A stretch of 64,000 nucleotides of DNA, from positions 1 to 64,000 of the forward strand of contig JBGARZ010000029.1 of NCBI GenBank assembly GCA_044229975.1. The letters run 5' to 3'. The stretch's first letter is position 1; the number at the start of each line of letters is the position of its first letter. Source of the DNA: Polyangiales bacterium. Its GTDB lineage: Bacteria > Myxococcota_A > Polyangia > Polyangiales > Ga0077539. Under the pieces are notes generated by a model. It did not search any database, was not told the origin of the DNA, and worked only from the letters and a program-made list of their open reading frames with translations. Both the position numbers and the translations under genes were made by a program. This document shows, in pieces, positions 48,704 through 59,500 of this stretch.

Positions 48704-49582
48704 ATGGCACGAGGGGATCATATCTGGGTGCAGCGCCCGGGCTACCAGCACCACGGGATCGACGAGGGCGATGGGTTCGTCATCCACTTCACGGGTGTCG
48801 ATAGGACCAAGGAACTCGCCGAGGTCCGCCGGACGCCGATCGCAGAATTCGGCGCGGAGGCCGACATCCTTGTCCAACAGTACGATCCGGGGGCCGTCTT
48901 CGAGCCCGACGTGGTGGTCGCGAATGCGGCGAACCAGATCGGCAAGCGCGACTACCATCTCCTGACCAACAACTGCGAGGTGCTCGCGAAGTGGGCGAAG
49001 ACCGGCGACGCGAGCAGCGCGCAGGTGCTCCGTGTGCTGAACGCGGGATTGGGCGCCAGCGCCATGGTGGCGGGCGCTGCGGCGGCGATCAGCCTCGCCG
49101 GAGCCGCTGGCATGACCGGCGTCTACGGCGGCGCGCTGCTCATGTCGGGGCTCGCGGAGGTCGGGGGCGGTAGCGCCGTGGTGGGGACGGCGGTCCTCGG
49201 CGCGGTGCCCACCGCCGCGGCGATCTATGTCTTTCAACTCGCGATGCGGGACGACTTCACCCAGACGCCGCAAGAACGTCACGCGAGAAAGGTCGCGCGC
49301 GGCGTGGCCATCGGTGCGGGGGTCGGCTCCGTCGCGCTGGCCGTCCTGGCGCTCTACTTCGCGGGGAGGCGCGGGCTCAGTGCGGCCGACATCACCTCCG
49401 GGCTCAACGCCATCGGCACGGTGGTCGGAGGCGGCATGGGTGCCGGGGTCGGCGTCCTCGGCGTCGGAATGTCGCTCGCTTCGGTCTCGGCGGGATGGCT
49501 CGCCTACAAGCAGGCGGGTGGAGACCAGCCGATGCCACGGCTCGTCGGACTCCAGGACATGAGTCCGTCCAGCGTCGGTTGA
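48704..49582 (+). CDS. LRAT-like (permuted NlpC/P60) enzyme with C-terminal hydrophobic Gly/Ala-rich helices
   Basis: GDHI...YQHHGI...VIHF...YHLLTNNCE; RBS AAGGAG. Confidence 0.88.
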   Translation: MARGDHIWVQRPGYQHHGIDEGDGFVIHFTGVDRTKELAEVRRTPIAEFGAEADILVQQYDPGAVFEPDVVVANAANQIGKRDYHLLTNNCEVLAKWAKTGDASSAQVLRVLNAGLGASAMVAGAAAAISLAGAAGMTGVYGGALLMSGLAEVGGGSAVVGTAVLGAVPTAAAIYVFQLAMRDDFTQTPQERHARKVARGVAIGAGVGSVALAVLALYFAGRRGLSAADITSGLNAIGTVVGGGMGAGVGVLGVGMSLASVSAGWLAYKQAGGDQPMPRLVGLQDMSPSSVG

Positions 49583-49882
49583 AAGACGCCGAACGACAGA
49601 GCAACAGGGGGATCAGGTACCGAGGGGTGGCCGGGGAGAGCTGCAGATGAACGCGAACATCGCCGGGATCATCCTGTCAGCCCGCTGATCGCGCAGTTTC
49701 GGGGCGGCAGACGCTGTCAGCGCGGTAGGTGACCTCATCGGCGCTCCGGTCGCGCTGGACACCGTCGCGTACCGAAGTGGGGGCGACAGTTCTCCTGCCC
49801 GGGTCCGCCCGGGGCGTGGAATGCCAGCCGAAGGACATGGGTGGCGCGCGTGCGATGGCCGTTCTTCTCAAGCTGAGAACTT

Positions 49883-52849
49883 GTGGGCACGATTCCTAGG
49901 ATCTCTATGTCACCCTTCCTCGAGGCCGCTGATGTTCTGCGTCTCCCGCTCGCGAGCGAAGGTCGCAAAGGCTTGCGGGACGCGCAGGTCAAGGGCGCGT
50001 ACCTGATCGTCGGCCACTTCTGGGCCTCGTCTCGCCCCGCACTAGCGGTGATGCCGACGGGTAGCGGGAAGACCGCCGTCATCCTGCTCACCAGCATTCT
50101 GCTGCGCGCGCGGCGAGTGCTCGTCATCACGCCCAGTCGCATGCTGCGAGAACAGGTGGCGTCGAAGTTCCGCGCATTCGACCCGCTCATTGCGCTCGGG
50201 GCGCTTTCAGAGGCGGCGCCGCTTCCATCGGTCTACGAGCTCGACAACCGCCCGCTACAGGAAAGCGACTGGACCGACCTCGCCCAGCATCACGTCATCG
50301 TCGCCACGCCCCACGCGGTCAGTCCGAAGCTCAAGGGCGTGGTCCCTCCGCCGAAGGACTTCTTCGACGTCCTCATCTTCGACGAGGGCCACCACGCGCC
50401 CGCCCCGATCTATCGAGCGATCGCAGACGCGCTCCCACAGGCGAAGACCGTCCTCTTCACGGCGACGCCCTATCGTCGGGACGAGCAACCGATTCACGGC
50501 GACCTCGTGTTCACCTACGAACTCGGACAGGCGAGGCGCGATGGGGTGTTTGGCTCTCTTCGCTACGCGCCCGTACACACCCTCGATCTCACGAAGGGCG
50601 ACGAAGCGATCGCGCGGGCGGTCGAGGCCCAGTTCAAGAGGGACCGCGCGGCCGGACTCCGCCATTCGATCATGGTGAGAACCTTGGGACGCACGCGGGC
50701 CGGTGAACTCGAGAAGATCTACAAGGACGTCACCGGGCTCACCCTCGCGCGGGTGGACTCTGCGCAGTCGGCGGCGCGCATCAAGGAGGTCATCGAGAAG
50801 TTGAAGGAGGGGAGCATCGACGGCGTGATCGCGGTCGACATGCTCGGCGAAGGCTTCGACTTCCCGCAGCTCAAGATCGCGGGCCTTCACGCGCCGCACT
50901 CGTCCCTCGCGGTGACACTGCAGCAGTTCATCGGCCGGTTCGCGCGTACGAGCGAGGGGGGCCTCGGAACCGCGACTTTCTTCGCCATTCCGGCCGAGAT
51001 CGAAGGCGAAGCCTCACGCCTCTACCGCCCAGGCGCGGAGTGGAACGAGCTGGTCGAGGATCTGAGCCGCGAGCGCATCGAACTCGAACGCGAGACCCGC
51101 GAAGTCGTTGCGTCCTTCGAGTCGGTCTCCGACGAGGTGCTAGGCGTCGCGTCCGAGACGGAAGCTCGCGCTCTTCTGCATGCCCTCCGTCCGTACTTCC
51201 ATACGAAGGTCTACGATGTCCTCGGTTCGGTGGACCTCGGCGCCGATCTGGGCATCCCAGATTCGTTCGACACGGTGCTCCACCACCACAGCGAGAAGCA
51301 CAATGCGGTCATCTGGATCGGCCGGACGGCGACCCCCGCGCGCTGGTCCACCGCTGAGCAGGTGGCGACCGTCTCCCACGAACTCCTCGTCGTTGCCCAC
51401 GTACCGGAGCACCGCCTTCTGTTCGTGACCACGACCCGGAAGTCGATCACCGACTACGACATGGTTGTCGAGGCGGTCGCGGGCGAAGACGTGCGCCGGC
51501 TGGCGGCGAACGAGATCATGCGCGTGCTGCACGACCTCACGGAAGCGGAGTTCTTCTCGGTCGGCATGCGCAACCGCACGGGTTTCGGAGGGGTAGGCGC
51601 CGAGTCCTACAAGATGATCAGCGGGCGCGCGGCGAGCCGAGCGATCCGCGCGGCCGATGGAGCCCACTACGACCAGGGGCACGTGTACGGGCATGGCAGA
51701 GAGGGCGGGCAGTGGGTCACGATCGGCTGCAGCACCTCGTCCAAGGTCTGGTCGAATCGTCGCGAGGCCCTGCCGGAACTCTTCAAGTGGTTTCGCGTTC
51801 TCGCTGGCAAGCTGCGTGACGTCCGTGCGGTGCAGACGCAGTCGGGGCTGGACCACCTCGGGGTGCCCGTGCGGATCGAGACGTTCGACGAACCCATCAT
51901 CGCGGTGGAGCTGCCCCACGAAGCGTACAGGAAGGAGGGTCTGCAACTCCGCTTCAAGGTCGGTGACGTCGAGCATTCCGCTTGGCTCGTCGACGTCGCC
52001 CCGCGGATCGAGGCACAGGACGACCACTCGGTCACATTCGTTCTCACGGCAGGCACGGAAGAACTCAGGTACCGGTACCGCCTGGACCAACGGCCTCCGC
52101 TCGTCGCGGCGGATGTGCAAGCCGAGGGGGCCTCGATCGTAGGCAACTCGGACCGGTCAGCCGAGAGCGCCCTTGCGTTCTTCACGGAACATCCGCTGCC
52201 TTGCTACACCCGCAGCCTCGGGCGCATCGACGGCGACTTCCTGGCGAAGGCGAGGACCTCGGCGAGCGCCTTCGCCCACGCAGAGCAGATCGATCCGGTC
52301 GACTGGCACACGCTCGGGGTCGACCCGGAACTCGAGAAGCCGAACGGCATGAAAGGGAAGCGCTCGATCTTCGAGTACGTCGTCGACCGCCTCCGCGCCG
52401 AAGGGGTGTCCGTCCTGTTCGCGGACGACGGATCGAACGAGATCGCCGACTTCGTCGCGGTGCGCGTGGCGGGCGCGCTGAGCCACGTCGAGCTGTACCA
52501 CTGTAAGGCAGCTGGCTCTGCGGATGTCCCGACCGACTCCGTCGCCGATGTCTACGAGGTCGTTGGGCAGGCGGTGAAGTGTCGGCGATGGCTCGACCCG
52601 TCGTTGTTGCTCGCCCGAGTGAAGAAGCGCGTTGCCGGTGCGAAGAACTCGAAGTTCGAGGTGGGAGACCTTCCGACGCTTGCCACGCTTCTCGCGAACT
52701 CCTCGAAGGTCGTCTTTCACGTCGTGATCGTGCAGCCCGCGATCCGACACGTGCCCAAGGACACGATCGCGGACATCCTGGGTGCAGCCGACGCCTATCT
52801 TCGTGGCGGGAACGAGCAGCCGTTGCGTGTGTGGGGGACCAAAGGGTAG
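49883..52849 (+). CDS. SF2 (ResIII-like) helicase with a C-terminal PD-(D/E)XK-like domain
   Basis: MPTGSGKT, DEGH, TATP, MLGEGFD, QFIGRFAR; C-terminal DDGSNEIADF...LYHCK. Confidence 0.85.
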   Translation: MGTIPRISMSPFLEAADVLRLPLASEGRKGLRDAQVKGAYLIVGHFWASSRPALAVMPTGSGKTAVILLTSILLRARRVLVITPSRMLREQVASKFRAFDPLIALGALSEAAPLPSVYELDNRPLQESDWTDLAQHHVIVATPHAVSPKLKGVVPPPKDFFDVLIFDEGHHAPAPIYRAIADALPQAKTVLFTATPYRRDEQPIHGDLVFTYELGQARRDGVFGSLRYAPVHTLDLTKGDEAIARAVEAQFKRDRAAGLRHSIMVRTLGRTRAGELEKIYKDVTGLTLARVDSAQSAARIKEVIEKLKEGSIDGVIAVDMLGEGFDFPQLKIAGLHAPHSSLAVTLQQFIGRFARTSEGGLGTATFFAIPAEIEGEASRLYRPGAEWNELVEDLSRERIELERETREVVASFESVSDEVLGVASETEARALLHALRPYFHTKVYDVLGSVDLGADLGIPDSFDTVLHHHSEKHNAVIWIGRTATPARWSTAEQVATVSHELLVVAHVPEHRLLFVTTTRKSITDYDMVVEAVAGEDVRRLAANEIMRVLHDLTEAEFFSVGMRNRTGFGGVGAESYKMISGRAASRAIRAADGAHYDQGHVYGHGREGGQWVTIGCSTSSKVWSNRREALPELFKWFRVLAGKLRDVRAVQTQSGLDHLGVPVRIETFDEPIIAVELPHEAYRKEGLQLRFKVGDVEHSAWLVDVAPRIEAQDDHSVTFVLTAGTEELRYRYRLDQRPPLVAADVQAEGASIVGNSDRSAESALAFFTEHPLPCYTRSLGRIDGDFLAKARTSASAFAHAEQIDPVDWHTLGVDPELEKPNGMKGKRSIFEYVVDRLRAEGVSVLFADDGSNEIADFVAVRVAGALSHVELYHCKAAGSADVPTDSVADVYEVVGQAVKCRRWLDPSLLLARVKKRVAGAKNSKFEVGDLPTLATLLANSSKVVFHVVIVQPAIRHVPKDTIADILGAADAYLRGGNEQPLRVWGTKG

Positions 52850-53152
52850 CCGACGCAAGGACACGGTCTGTCCCGAAGCGGGAGCTTGCTCATGTCCGAC
52901 GGCCAGGCGGCGTTGAGGCCGTGGCATCACGACTAGGTGCATCTTCGTCGCTCCTGCCTTCCCTACGACGCTTGCCCAGCGATCCGCTCTAACGACCGGC
53001 GTTTCGCCCCGCGACGAGGTCGAGGCGCTCCGCGATATCTCCGGCACGGCCGTGCCGTCGTTGGTACCCTCTGCGCCCCGACTCGCGGAGGCATCGGTGT
53101 CAGATCCCCACCGCGGCGGACGTCCTTCCCCCTGGAGCCCCGAACCCACGCC

Positions 53153-55249
53153 ATGCCGCCCCGCCGCAAGAGCCCCGACCCGACCCCGACCCTGCCCATC
53201 GACGTCGCCTCCCCCCGCGAGGCGCCCCGGCGCTTCCAGTCCTTCAGCGAGTTGTCGGCCTTCATCTTCCGCGTGGCTGACCTGCTACGGGGGCCGTACC
53301 AGCCCTCCGAGTACCGCCACGTTTTTATCCCGATGACCGTGCTGCGGCGCCTCGACTGCGTGCTCGCGCCGACGCGCGCGGAGGTCCACGCTCTCTACCA
53401 GTCGCACTACGCGCAGGTGCGGCGGCGCCAGAACGCCGAGGCCGAGGCTGAGCAGGCGACCCTCGACGACCTCAACGACCTCACCTTCTTCAACAAGTCC
53501 ACCCTCGACCTCGCGGGCACGCGCACCGGCAACCTGCTCGACAACCTCAAGGCCTACCTTCGGGGCTTCACGAGCAATGTCCGGCGGCTCTTCGAACAGT
53601 TCAAGCTCGTCACGCACCTCGAACGCATCGCCGCCGCCGACCCGACGCACGCCCTGCTCGATCGCGTCGTCGCGACCTTCGTCGGCGTCGACCTCTCGCC
53701 CGCTGTGGTCGACAACCACATGATGGGGACCGCCTTCGAGGACCTCAACCGGAGGTTCCTCGAGCAGGCCAACGAGAAGGCGGGGGAGCAGTACACGCCC
53801 CGCGACGTCATCACACTCATCGTCGACCTCTGCATCGCCGGCAGCGGCGATCGCTTCGTGAAGGGCGCCGTCCGCCCGAAGATCTACGACCCAGCGTGCG
53901 GCACGGGCGGCATGCTCTCGGTCGCCGACAACCGCCTGCGCGAGCAGAACCACAGGGCGCGCCCGCTGCTCTTCGGGCAGGAGTGGTCTGAGGAGACCTG
54001 GGCCATCTGTCAGGCCGACCTGCTCGTGCGCGGCGAGAACCCCGAGTACGTCGCCCAGGGCAACACGCTCACTGAGGACCGCCACGCCGACGAGCGCTTC
54101 GACTGGCAGCTCTCCAATCCCCCCTTCGGCGTCGACTGGAAGGGCTACGAGAAGGCCATCCGCCGCGAGCACGAGGACGCCCAGTGGAAGGGCCGCTTCG
54201 GCGCCGGCCTCCCCGGCGTGAGCGACGGCTCGCTCCTCTTCGTGCAGCACATGGTCTCCAAGCTCCGCGTGCCGTCGCAGGGCGGCGGGCGCATCGCCGT
54301 CGTGCTCAACGGCTCGCCCCTCTTCACCGGCAAGGCGGGCTCCGGGGAGAGCGAGATCCGCAAGTGGCTCGTCACCGACGACCTGCTCGAAGCCATCGTC
54401 GCCCTGCCCGAGCAGCTCTTCTTCGGCACCGGCATCCCCACCTATCTCTGGCTGCTCAGCAACAAGAAGCCCGCCGAACGGAAGGGCAAGGTGCAGCTCA
54501 TCGACGCCACCGGCCTCGGCGACCGCATGAAGCGGGCGCTCGGCGGCAAGCGCAACGAGATCGGCGACCGCGCCCGCGAGACCATCGTCGCGCTCTACCG
54601 CGACTTCACCGAGGGGCCACAGAGCCGCATCGTCGCCGCGGACGAGCTCGGCTACCGCGAGGTCATCGTCGAGTACCCGCTGCGGATGCGCTTCGCTGCC
54701 ACCCCCGAGCGGGTCGCCGCCGTCGGCACCGAGGCCTCCCTCGGCGAGCGCCGCGCGCGCACCCTCGCCAAGGGAGCGGGCATGGACGCGAAACTCGCGG
54801 CGCTGCGCGGGGCCCTCGCGACGATCGACCCCGGGAAGGTGTTCGCGTCGTGGGCGGAGTTCGCGCCTGCGCTGGAGGCGGTCGCGCAGAAGGCCGGCGT
54901 CCGGATGGGCGCCGACCTGAGGGAGATGGTGATCCAGGCGCTCGGGGAGCGGGACCCGGCGGCGCCGCCGGTACTCGACGACTACGGCAAGGTCATCGCC
55001 GACCCAGAGTTGCGCGACACGGAACACGTCCCACTGACGGAGGAGATCGATGCGTACCTGGAGCGCGAGGTGCGGCCCTTCGAGCGCGACGTCTGGTACG
55101 ACCCGAAGAAGGTGCGCGTCGGGTACGAGATCCCGGTAACGCGCTACTTCCACACCTACGAGGCGCCGCGTGCCCCGGAGGTGGTGCTGGAGGAGCTGCG
55201 CGCCGTCGACCGTGAGCTGCGAGCGCTGATGGATCAGGTGTTGCGGTGA
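53153..55249 (+). CDS. hsdM: Type I R-M N6-adenine methyltransferase HsdM
   Basis: GEQYTPRDV, YDPACGTGGML, NPPFG, GYEIP. Confidence 0.95.
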   Translation: MPPRRKSPDPTPTLPIDVASPREAPRRFQSFSELSAFIFRVADLLRGPYQPSEYRHVFIPMTVLRRLDCVLAPTRAEVHALYQSHYAQVRRRQNAEAEAEQATLDDLNDLTFFNKSTLDLAGTRTGNLLDNLKAYLRGFTSNVRRLFEQFKLVTHLERIAAADPTHALLDRVVATFVGVDLSPAVVDNHMMGTAFEDLNRRFLEQANEKAGEQYTPRDVITLIVDLCIAGSGDRFVKGAVRPKIYDPACGTGGMLSVADNRLREQNHRARPLLFGQEWSEETWAICQADLLVRGENPEYVAQGNTLTEDRHADERFDWQLSNPPFGVDWKGYEKAIRREHEDAQWKGRFGAGLPGVSDGSLLFVQHMVSKLRVPSQGGGRIAVVLNGSPLFTGKAGSGESEIRKWLVTDDLLEAIVALPEQLFFGTGIPTYLWLLSNKKPAERKGKVQLIDATGLGDRMKRALGGKRNEIGDRARETIVALYRDFTEGPQSRIVAADELGYREVIVEYPLRMRFAATPERVAAVGTEASLGERRARTLAKGAGMDAKLAALRGALATIDPGKVFASWAEFAPALEAVAQKAGVRMGADLREMVIQALGERDPAAPPVLDDYGKVIADPELRDTEHVPLTEEIDAYLEREVRPFERDVWYDPKKVRVGYEIPVTRYFHTYEAPRAPEVVLEELRAVDRELRALMDQVLR

Positions 55250-56592
55250 GCGCGCGGGCAATGAAGGACAGCGGGGTCGCGTGGCTCGGGGAGATCCCGA
55301 CGGAGTGGCGGACCGCCAGGATCGTGCGTGTCGCGCGACTGGAGTCGGGTCACACCCCGAGTCGGCAGGTCAGCGACTACTGGAAACCATCGGAGTGCAC
55401 CATCCCCTGGTTCTCGCTCGCCGACGTCTGGCAGCTCCGCAGCGGACGTCAGGAGTATCTCGGCGAGACCGCGGAGAAGGTCAGTCCGACGGGTGTCGCA
55501 AACTCATCCGCTCGGGTGCTGCCCAAGGGCACCGTGGTGCTTTCGCGCACTGCCTCCGTGGGATTCTCCGGGATCATGCCGGTGCCGATGGCCACCACGC
55601 AGGACTTCGCCAACTGGGTGTGCGGTGAACTGCTCTTGCCAGAGTACCTGCTCTTTGTGCTGCGCTCGATGAAGCACGAGTTCGAGCACATGACCCAGGG
55701 CTCGACCCACCAGACGATCTACATGCCGGACCTAAAGAAGCTCGCGATCCCGATTCCGCCGAAGGCGGAGCAGGAAAAGATCGTGAGCCGTATTCGGGCC
55801 TGCACGGTGACGGTCGATACAGTGCTCGCAGCGCATGAGCGCAACCTCGACCTTCTCGCCGAGCGCCGACGCACGCTGACGTCGAGCGCCGTGACGCGCG
55901 GGCTCGATACCATGGCGCCGATGCGCGACAGCGGCTTCGTCGCGACGGGCTTGCTGCCTCAACACTGGCGGCGCAGTCCGCTAAAGCACCTGTTGACCAG
56001 CATCGAGCAGGGCTGGAGTCCGCAATGCGAAGGCCGGCCGGCGAGCGCCGAGGAATGGGGCGTACTGAAGGTCGGGTGCGTGAACGGCACCGACTTCGAT
56101 CCCATGGAGAACAAGCTGCTCCCGAAGGAACTCGACGCTCCGCCGGGGTACCAGGTGCATGACGGCGATCTGCTGATGTCGCGCGCCAACACCCGGGAGC
56201 TGGTCGGGTCGGTCGCGATCGCGGCGACCGGTGGGCGACGGCTCCTGCTCTGCGACAAGCTCTACCGAATCAAGCTCCGCGCGTCGCTCATGCCCGAGTA
56301 CGTGAGCCTCGCGCTGCGCGCCCCGTTCGCCCGGACCCAGATCGAAGCGGCTGCAAGCGGCGCGAGCGCTTCCATGGTGAACATCAGCCAGGATATCGTC
56401 CGCGAACTCCAGATCCCCGTGCCGCCCGTGTCGGAGCAGCGTCAAATTGTTGCCTTCATTCGCGAGCATGCCGCCCCCATCGACGACGCCGCGGAAAAGA
56501 CCCGCCGCGCCGTCGAGCTGCTGCGCGAGTACCGCCAGTCGCTCATCACGGCCGCGGTGACAGGGCGCTTGGGACACGAGGAGACCCACTGA
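55246..56592 (+). CDS. hsdS: Type I R-M specificity subunit HsdS
   Basis: MKDSGVAWLGEIP, two TRDs each followed by PP..EQ, ending SLITAAVTG. Confidence 0.95.
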   Translation: MSARAMKDSGVAWLGEIPTEWRTARIVRVARLESGHTPSRQVSDYWKPSECTIPWFSLADVWQLRSGRQEYLGETAEKVSPTGVANSSARVLPKGTVVLSRTASVGFSGIMPVPMATTQDFANWVCGELLLPEYLLFVLRSMKHEFEHMTQGSTHQTIYMPDLKKLAIPIPPKAEQEKIVSRIRACTVTVDTVLAAHERNLDLLAERRRTLTSSAVTRGLDTMAPMRDSGFVATGLLPQHWRRSPLKHLLTSIEQGWSPQCEGRPASAEEWGVLKVGCVNGTDFDPMENKLLPKELDAPPGYQVHDGDLLMSRANTRELVGSVAIAATGGRRLLLCDKLYRIKLRASLMPEYVSLALRAPFARTQIEAAASGASASMVNISQDIVRELQIPVPPVSEQRQIVAFIREHAAPIDDAAEKTRRAVELLREYRQSLITAAVTGRLGHEETH

Positions 56593-56593
56593 C

Positions 56594-59500
56594 ATGACCC
56601 CCGCCGAGGAGCACCTGGAGACGGCCATTGTCGACGCTCTGGTTGCGAGCGGCTGGATCCTCGGCGAGCGCGCGCGAGTGCTGCCCGCCCGCGCGCTCGT
56701 CCCCGACGACCTCCTCGACTGGCTTCGCGAGGCCCACCCCGAGCAGTGGGCCCGGCTCGCCCACGCGCACGGCGAGGTGCTCGGCCAGCGCCTCGTGAAC
56801 GCGCTCGCTGAGGCGCTCGACAAGAGCAGCACCCCCGAGGTGCTGCGCAAGGGCTTCCCCTTCGAGGGCGAGACCATCGAGCTGGCGTGCTTCCCGCCGC
56901 CCAACGACTTCAACCCGGCGACGACCGCGCGCGCGGCACGCAACCGCCTCGTGGTCACCCGGCAGGCGCCGATCGAGCAGGGGACGACCAAGACCGTCGA
57001 CCTGCTGTTCTCGCTCAACGGCGTGCCCGTCGCGACGGTGGAGCTCAAGCATCGGCCCAACGCGCAGGACGCCGGCGACGCCCGGCGGCAGTACCAGGCG
57101 CGCCCGAAGAACCTCCCGATCTTCCGCTGGCCGACGCGCGCAGTGGTGCACTTCGCCGTCGACGACCACGAGGCGTGGATGACCACCCGGGTCGACGGAG
57201 CCGACACGGCCTTCGTGCCGTTCAACCGCGGCACGCCCGGCGGCGGGGGCAACCCCCCGAACCCCGACGGCTACCCGACCGACTACCTCTGGAAGGACGT
57301 CTGGACCCGCGAGAGCTTCCTCGCGCTGCTCCAGCGTTACGTCCGCCTGCTGCTGGTACCAGTGGAGCGTGATGGTCGCTTCGTGCAGGAGCGCCGGTTG
57401 CTCTTCCCGCGCTGGCACCAGCGCGACGCGGTGCGCGCCCTCGTAGCCGACGTGACTGAGCGGGGGCCCGGGCAGCGCTACCTGATCGAGCACTCGGCCG
57501 GGAGCGGGAAGAGCAACACGATCGCGTGGCTGGCTTGGCACCTCGCGGACCTGCCCTACGAGGGCGGGCACCTCTTCGACAAGGTCGTGGTGGTGACCGA
57601 CCGCACGGTGCTCGACAGCCAGCTCGCGCACACCATCGAGCAGATGACGGCGACGCCTGCACAGGTGCGGCACGTCCGCGAGCACGTCCGCGAGGCCCGG
57701 CGCGAACGGCGGGCGTCGTCGGACGGAGCGACGGCGACGGGCGGTGGGGCGCTGGTCGAAGCGCTCGACGACCCGAGCGTGCGGGTGGTGATCGTGACGG
57801 TGCAGACCTTCTTGCATGCCGACGAGGCCCTCGACGAACGGGCGCGGCGGAGTTTTGCGGTGCTGCTCGACGAGGCGCACTCTGGAGTCGGGGAGAAGAC
57901 CGACGCGGCGATGTCTCGGGCGCTCGGTGAGGCGACTGAGGACGGCGGTGACCCGCTGCTCACATACGCGTTGCAGCGGCAACACCGCAACCAGTCGCTG
58001 TTCGCGTTCACGGCGACGCCGCACCCGGAGACGCTCCACAGCTATGGCCGGTTCGACCCGCTTACGAACAAGTACGCGGCCTTCCACCGGTACACGATGG
58101 CCCAGGCGATCGCCGAGGGATTCATCGTCGACCCGCGGCGAGGCTACCTGCGCTACGAGTCGTACTTTCGCCTGCGCGGCGTCGGGGTAGACGACCCGGA
58201 GGTCGACCAGAAGACCGCGACCGCGGCGATCATGCGCGAGGTCTCGAAGGACCCGAAGGTGATGGGCGCCAAGAGCCACGTGATCGCGCGGCACTTCCTG
58301 GAGAAGGTGCGCGGGACGCTCGGCGGGAAGGCGCGGGCGATGGTGGTGGCGCCGTCGCGCGACGCCGCGGTGCGCTACGGGCGCGCGCTGCGGGCGGCGC
58401 TCGACGCTCAGGGCGCCGGGGACGTCGGCGTGCTGGTGGCGTTCTCGGGCGCGGTGACGGACGCGGTGACCGGGGAGACGGTGACCGAGGCGCAGCTCAA
58501 TGGCTGCAAGGAGTCGGAGCTGCCGCAGCGCTTCGCCTCCAAGCCGAACCGCATCCTAGTGGTCGCGAATAAGTACCAGACGGGCTTCGACCAGCCGCTG
58601 CTGGCGGCGATGTACATCGACCGGACGCTGGAGGGCGTGCAGGCCGTGCAGACCCTGTCGCGGCTCAACCGCCCGCACGGTCCGGGCACCAAGCAGGTCT
58701 TCGCGCTCGACTTCGTGAACGGCACCGAGGTGCTGGACGGTTTCGCGCGCTTCCTCGACGGGACGACGCTGGGCGACCCGCCGACGCCCGAGATGCTCGA
58801 TGACTTGCGGGCGCGCCTCGACGCCGCGGGCATCTACACCGAACCCGAGGTGTTCGCAGTGGCCGAACTCGTGATCACGCCGGGCGGCCTGACGGAGCAG
58901 GAGCGCCAGGAGCGGATCATGGGGCTGATCTCACTGGCGGTGGCCCGCTACAGCGTGCTTGTGCCCATGGCGCAGGAACGGTTCCGCATGGCACTGGTGG
59001 AGTTCCTCCGATTGCATGGGCTGCTCTCACAGGTGGTGCTGGCGCCCGACCGCGATCTGGAGGCGCGGGCCGTATACGGCGCGTGGTTGGTGAAGAGCCT
59101 CGGGGGCGAGGCGCCGACGCGCGCGTACGTCGACCTCAAGGGGAAGATCGAGGTGGAGTACGTGCGGGTGGTCAAGGGCGCCGGGTACCTTGCGGAGCCT
59201 GGTCCCGACGACGACGAGCCGCCGGGGGAAGTGACGCTGAACACGAGCAGCGGCATGCGGCCGGTGGACCCCGTGGTGCGCCTCTCAGAGCTGCTCGCGC
59301 AACTCAACGAGCGCTACGGCGTCGGCGTCGCGGCCGCTGACCGGAACACGCTGGAGGAGATCATCGCGGAGCTGCTCAGCGACGAGGGGGTGCTCGACGC
59401 GGTGCGGGCCAACGCCGACGCGCGGGAGCTGGTACGCGACCGCGAGATCCAGCGGGAGATCCGGCGACGGTTTCGCGAGCGCCAGCGCGAGGGTGATACG

